64,000 nucleotides of DNA from Hyphochytrium catenoides (Eukaryota > Protista > Hyphochytriomycota), in assembly GCA_900088475.1 (NCBI GenBank), contig FLMG01000941.1, forward strand, positions 310,001-374,000. The letters are read 5' to 3'. The translations under genes and the position numbers were made by a program. Shown piece by piece: positions 61,543 through 64,000 of the stretch; position 1 is the first letter of the stretch; each line of letters starts with the position of its first letter. The notes below the pieces were generated by a model. It was given only the letters and a program-made list of their open reading frames with translations, was not told the origin of the DNA and did no database searches.

Positions 61543-64000
61543 CTCCCTCTCTCTCTATCCCTCCCTCTCCCCTTTTTGTCTCTTTCTTTCCATCTGTTTC
61601 TCTTTCTTAATTTCTTTCTCCTTTACTTTCTCATATTCCGACGTTCACTCGCTTTCTGATCTCTCTAATCCTTTCGTTTCCCCTTCCTGAATATTATCGT
61701 TTCTCTTGCTCGTCTGCTCTGCTCTCTTGACTTCCGATGCTCGAAGTTGGATGCCGCCAACCATCTGAGAAGCTTCAAGCCAATGTCCGAGACAGAGCTT
61801 GACGTCGGATGGATGCATGCAAAGTTTGGATCAACTCCATCAACTCTTCTCCCACTCACAGTCACATCGTCTTCGTCTTCAACTTCAAACCTCAAGGCGC
61901 CATCAGGGACCACGGGAGGAGATAAAGAAGGCGCATTATCAACGAAGAAGAAGCCAGAGGCTGAGGCGCCCAGCGCAAAGTTTAATGACGCCAATCCGTC
62001 AATCCGCCCACCAGCCATAGGAGAGAAGATTCCAGCAGGAGGAGGAGTGGTGGAAGGAGCTGGAGCGGCAGCGGGCGAGGATGACCATGTCAAGCAGGAG
62101 AAGAAGCTCCAGCATATCTTGTCCGGAAAGGCAGAGGTAGCGGACCTCATATTGTCCCCTCTTGCTCTCTGTACCTCCAGGCAGAGGAAAGAGCAAGTCC
62201 TGCTTCTTCAAGAGAATATTCGAGCTCTCAAGTCATCATTCAACGCCAAGTTCAAGGACCTGCTTGATGTCAGAAAGCAGAAGTTGGAAGAAATATCCGA
62301 GAAGAATCTCCGTCTGCGAGAGATCTGCAATGATCTGGGAACCTGTTCAGATCTAGGGATCTCAGAGATGGTGACTGACGGGGGAGGGTCCAGGCGAGAG
62401 AAAGGGACAGAGGAAGAGAGGGAGAGAAACAAGAGAGTAACGGCGGGTAGCCGACTCTTTGTCTTCGGTCCAGGAGAGTTAACCTCAGAGCCTTATGAAT
62501 CTGAGGAGAAGAGAAAGAGAAGAGAGATTGAGAGGAGTAAGCATGCGTCTAATGCCCGGGCTGGGGCCACTGAGGGAGACAAGGATCCACTTCACCGGTG
62601 AGTCTTTCCCTCTTCTCTGCTGCCCGGTGCAAGCCGAATGCCAACTCTCCCCTGCAGACTCCCAACAGCTCCCTATCCAGTAGCTGAGGGGCTTCTTAGT
62701 GCGTTCTTCATCAGCTCCGCCTTCCCAATTATAGCACCTTAATTGCTTTTGATCTTCTCGTGGTAGTGAGTGTCCCCTGCCTGCGTCTTACTTTATCTGT
62801 CTCGGCAGGTGTTAGGCCTGACATTGCTCATAAGTCGTCGGTTTGTCTGTCTGATCTCTGTCCCACGTGGACCGTTTTGCCTTCTTCTTTCTCTCCTCTT
62901 CTTCATAGTGCCTTGATCACCATGATGGATGGCACCCTTGAAGCAAAGAAGGGCCTTGCCTCTCTTCAAGAGGTCGTAGAGACGCCACAGTGGATGAAAG
63001 AGAAGACGATCGACCAGATGACGGACGACGAAAGGAGAGAGTTCGAAGCGCACAATGTCAAGCTGAAGGCTATCGAGGAGGAGAGAGAGCAGTTGAAAAA
63101 GGTCATGAAGCTGCTCTTTTCCCTCATGGGGCACCGCGTTTCTTGGCATATTCTACACCTTTCCTGTTCGCGCGATTCCTCTACTTGTGCTCCAATGCTC
63201 CGATACGCACTCAGCTAACCAAGTCTCTCGATCATCCCAACCTGTCATCGTGCTCCCGTCTAGACTCTAGAGGCCGAGGCGAAGAAGCTGAAGCAAGAGA
63301 TGCAGGACACAGTCCGCTCGGTGGATAACGCTATCGAACTGTTGAAGGAAGAGAGGTTCAACGTCCAGTACCACGTCCAGCTCCAGGTGAGAGAAGAACG
63401 ATCAACAACTGAACAAATATTTCCGCTTATTCATCTCATTAATGGCGGTCTACCAGGAGTTCTACTGCGCCCGACTAGCTCGAAGTCTGGCAGAGAGAGA
63501 GATAAAGGCAGAGAGCACAGAAAAGCGCAAGGAGAAGAAGAAAGAGCTCCTGGAGAAGCTAAACTTCATAGCAAAGACAAAGACATGGATGCTGGAGACT
63601 TATGAGAGCGCTAACAAGGACCTCCAGGTCAGCTCGAGGGGCTCTTAGGCGTTCCCCATGTAGCCTTATCCCCTGTCTTTTTCTCTTCCTTTGTCTCTTT
63701 GCAGAAGCTCATGTTCTCTCCACTCCTCTCTCTGCGAGACTCCTTGTGCATCTTGGTCTCCGCCGTTGGCTGGCTCTGACCTTTCCTACTGACTCGGCTT
63801 GTCTGACAGAAACTGGTTGAGGAGGATAGAGCTCTAGAGAGGTCCTTCCGGCGAGACCTTCAAGCGGCGAGCAGAGAGCTCCTGGACCAGAGTGCCGTCG
63901 CTATCTTGCACACTCTCTATAAAAGAAGAGAGAGTGAAGATGAGCAAGGAGAGGAAGTCCAGCAGCAGAAGTGGGTACAATCGCCTTGGCACTCATCATC
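55190..64000 (+). CDS. CFAP43: Cilia- and flagella-associated protein 43 (WDR96), WD40 + coiled coil; start uncertain (possibly ATG 54876), truncated at the window end
   Basis: N-terminal ACGNIIKF and YSSLAFSECGRLLLAIS; ATGGVDGSVGLWE; C-terminal FNAKFKDLLDVRKQKLEEISEKNLRLREI and ALITMMDGTLE..PQWMKE..MTDDERREF..LEAEAKKLKQE are characteristic of CFAP43. Confidence 0.85.

Noticed and set aside
1-64000. Alternative genetic code; tRNA, rRNA or snoRNA genes
   Set aside because: The conserved genes I spliced read through without in-frame stops and end in TAA, TAG or TGA. I saw no cloverleaf or rRNA signature, and isolated RTGATGA boxes lacked convincing partner boxes.

Overview
Gene-dense, intron-rich eukaryotic DNA (GT-AG introns of about 100-400 nt, CT microsatellites, standard code) from a protist with a flagellated stage (CFAP43 and LRRC34 present; possibly a stramenopile, unproven). 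Recognisable genes: eIF3e (3' part), LRRC34, an UhpC/SLC37-type MFS transporter, a PAAT/C10orf88-like gene, OGG1 and CFAP43 (runs off the window). Unnamed genes: a secreted/GPI-type protein, a WW+PDZ+coiled-coil protein, a coiled-coil/WD40 protein and an IQ-motif protein. Three things stand out. (1) A cluster of four long fold-back hairpins with different arm sequences at about 1155-2381, just downstream of eIF3e; most of their mismatches are G-U wobbles on the + strand, so this is a candidate polycistronic microRNA/small-RNA locus. (2) A 13-exon gene that I could splice in frame by hand into a 1050-aa PH + unknown domain + CapA(PGA_cap) metallophosphoesterase + PLAT fusion. (3) An intronless secreted lipocalin with a PAN/Apple domain inserted inside the barrel. 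All gene models and alignments were done by eye; no database searches or folding calculations were run.
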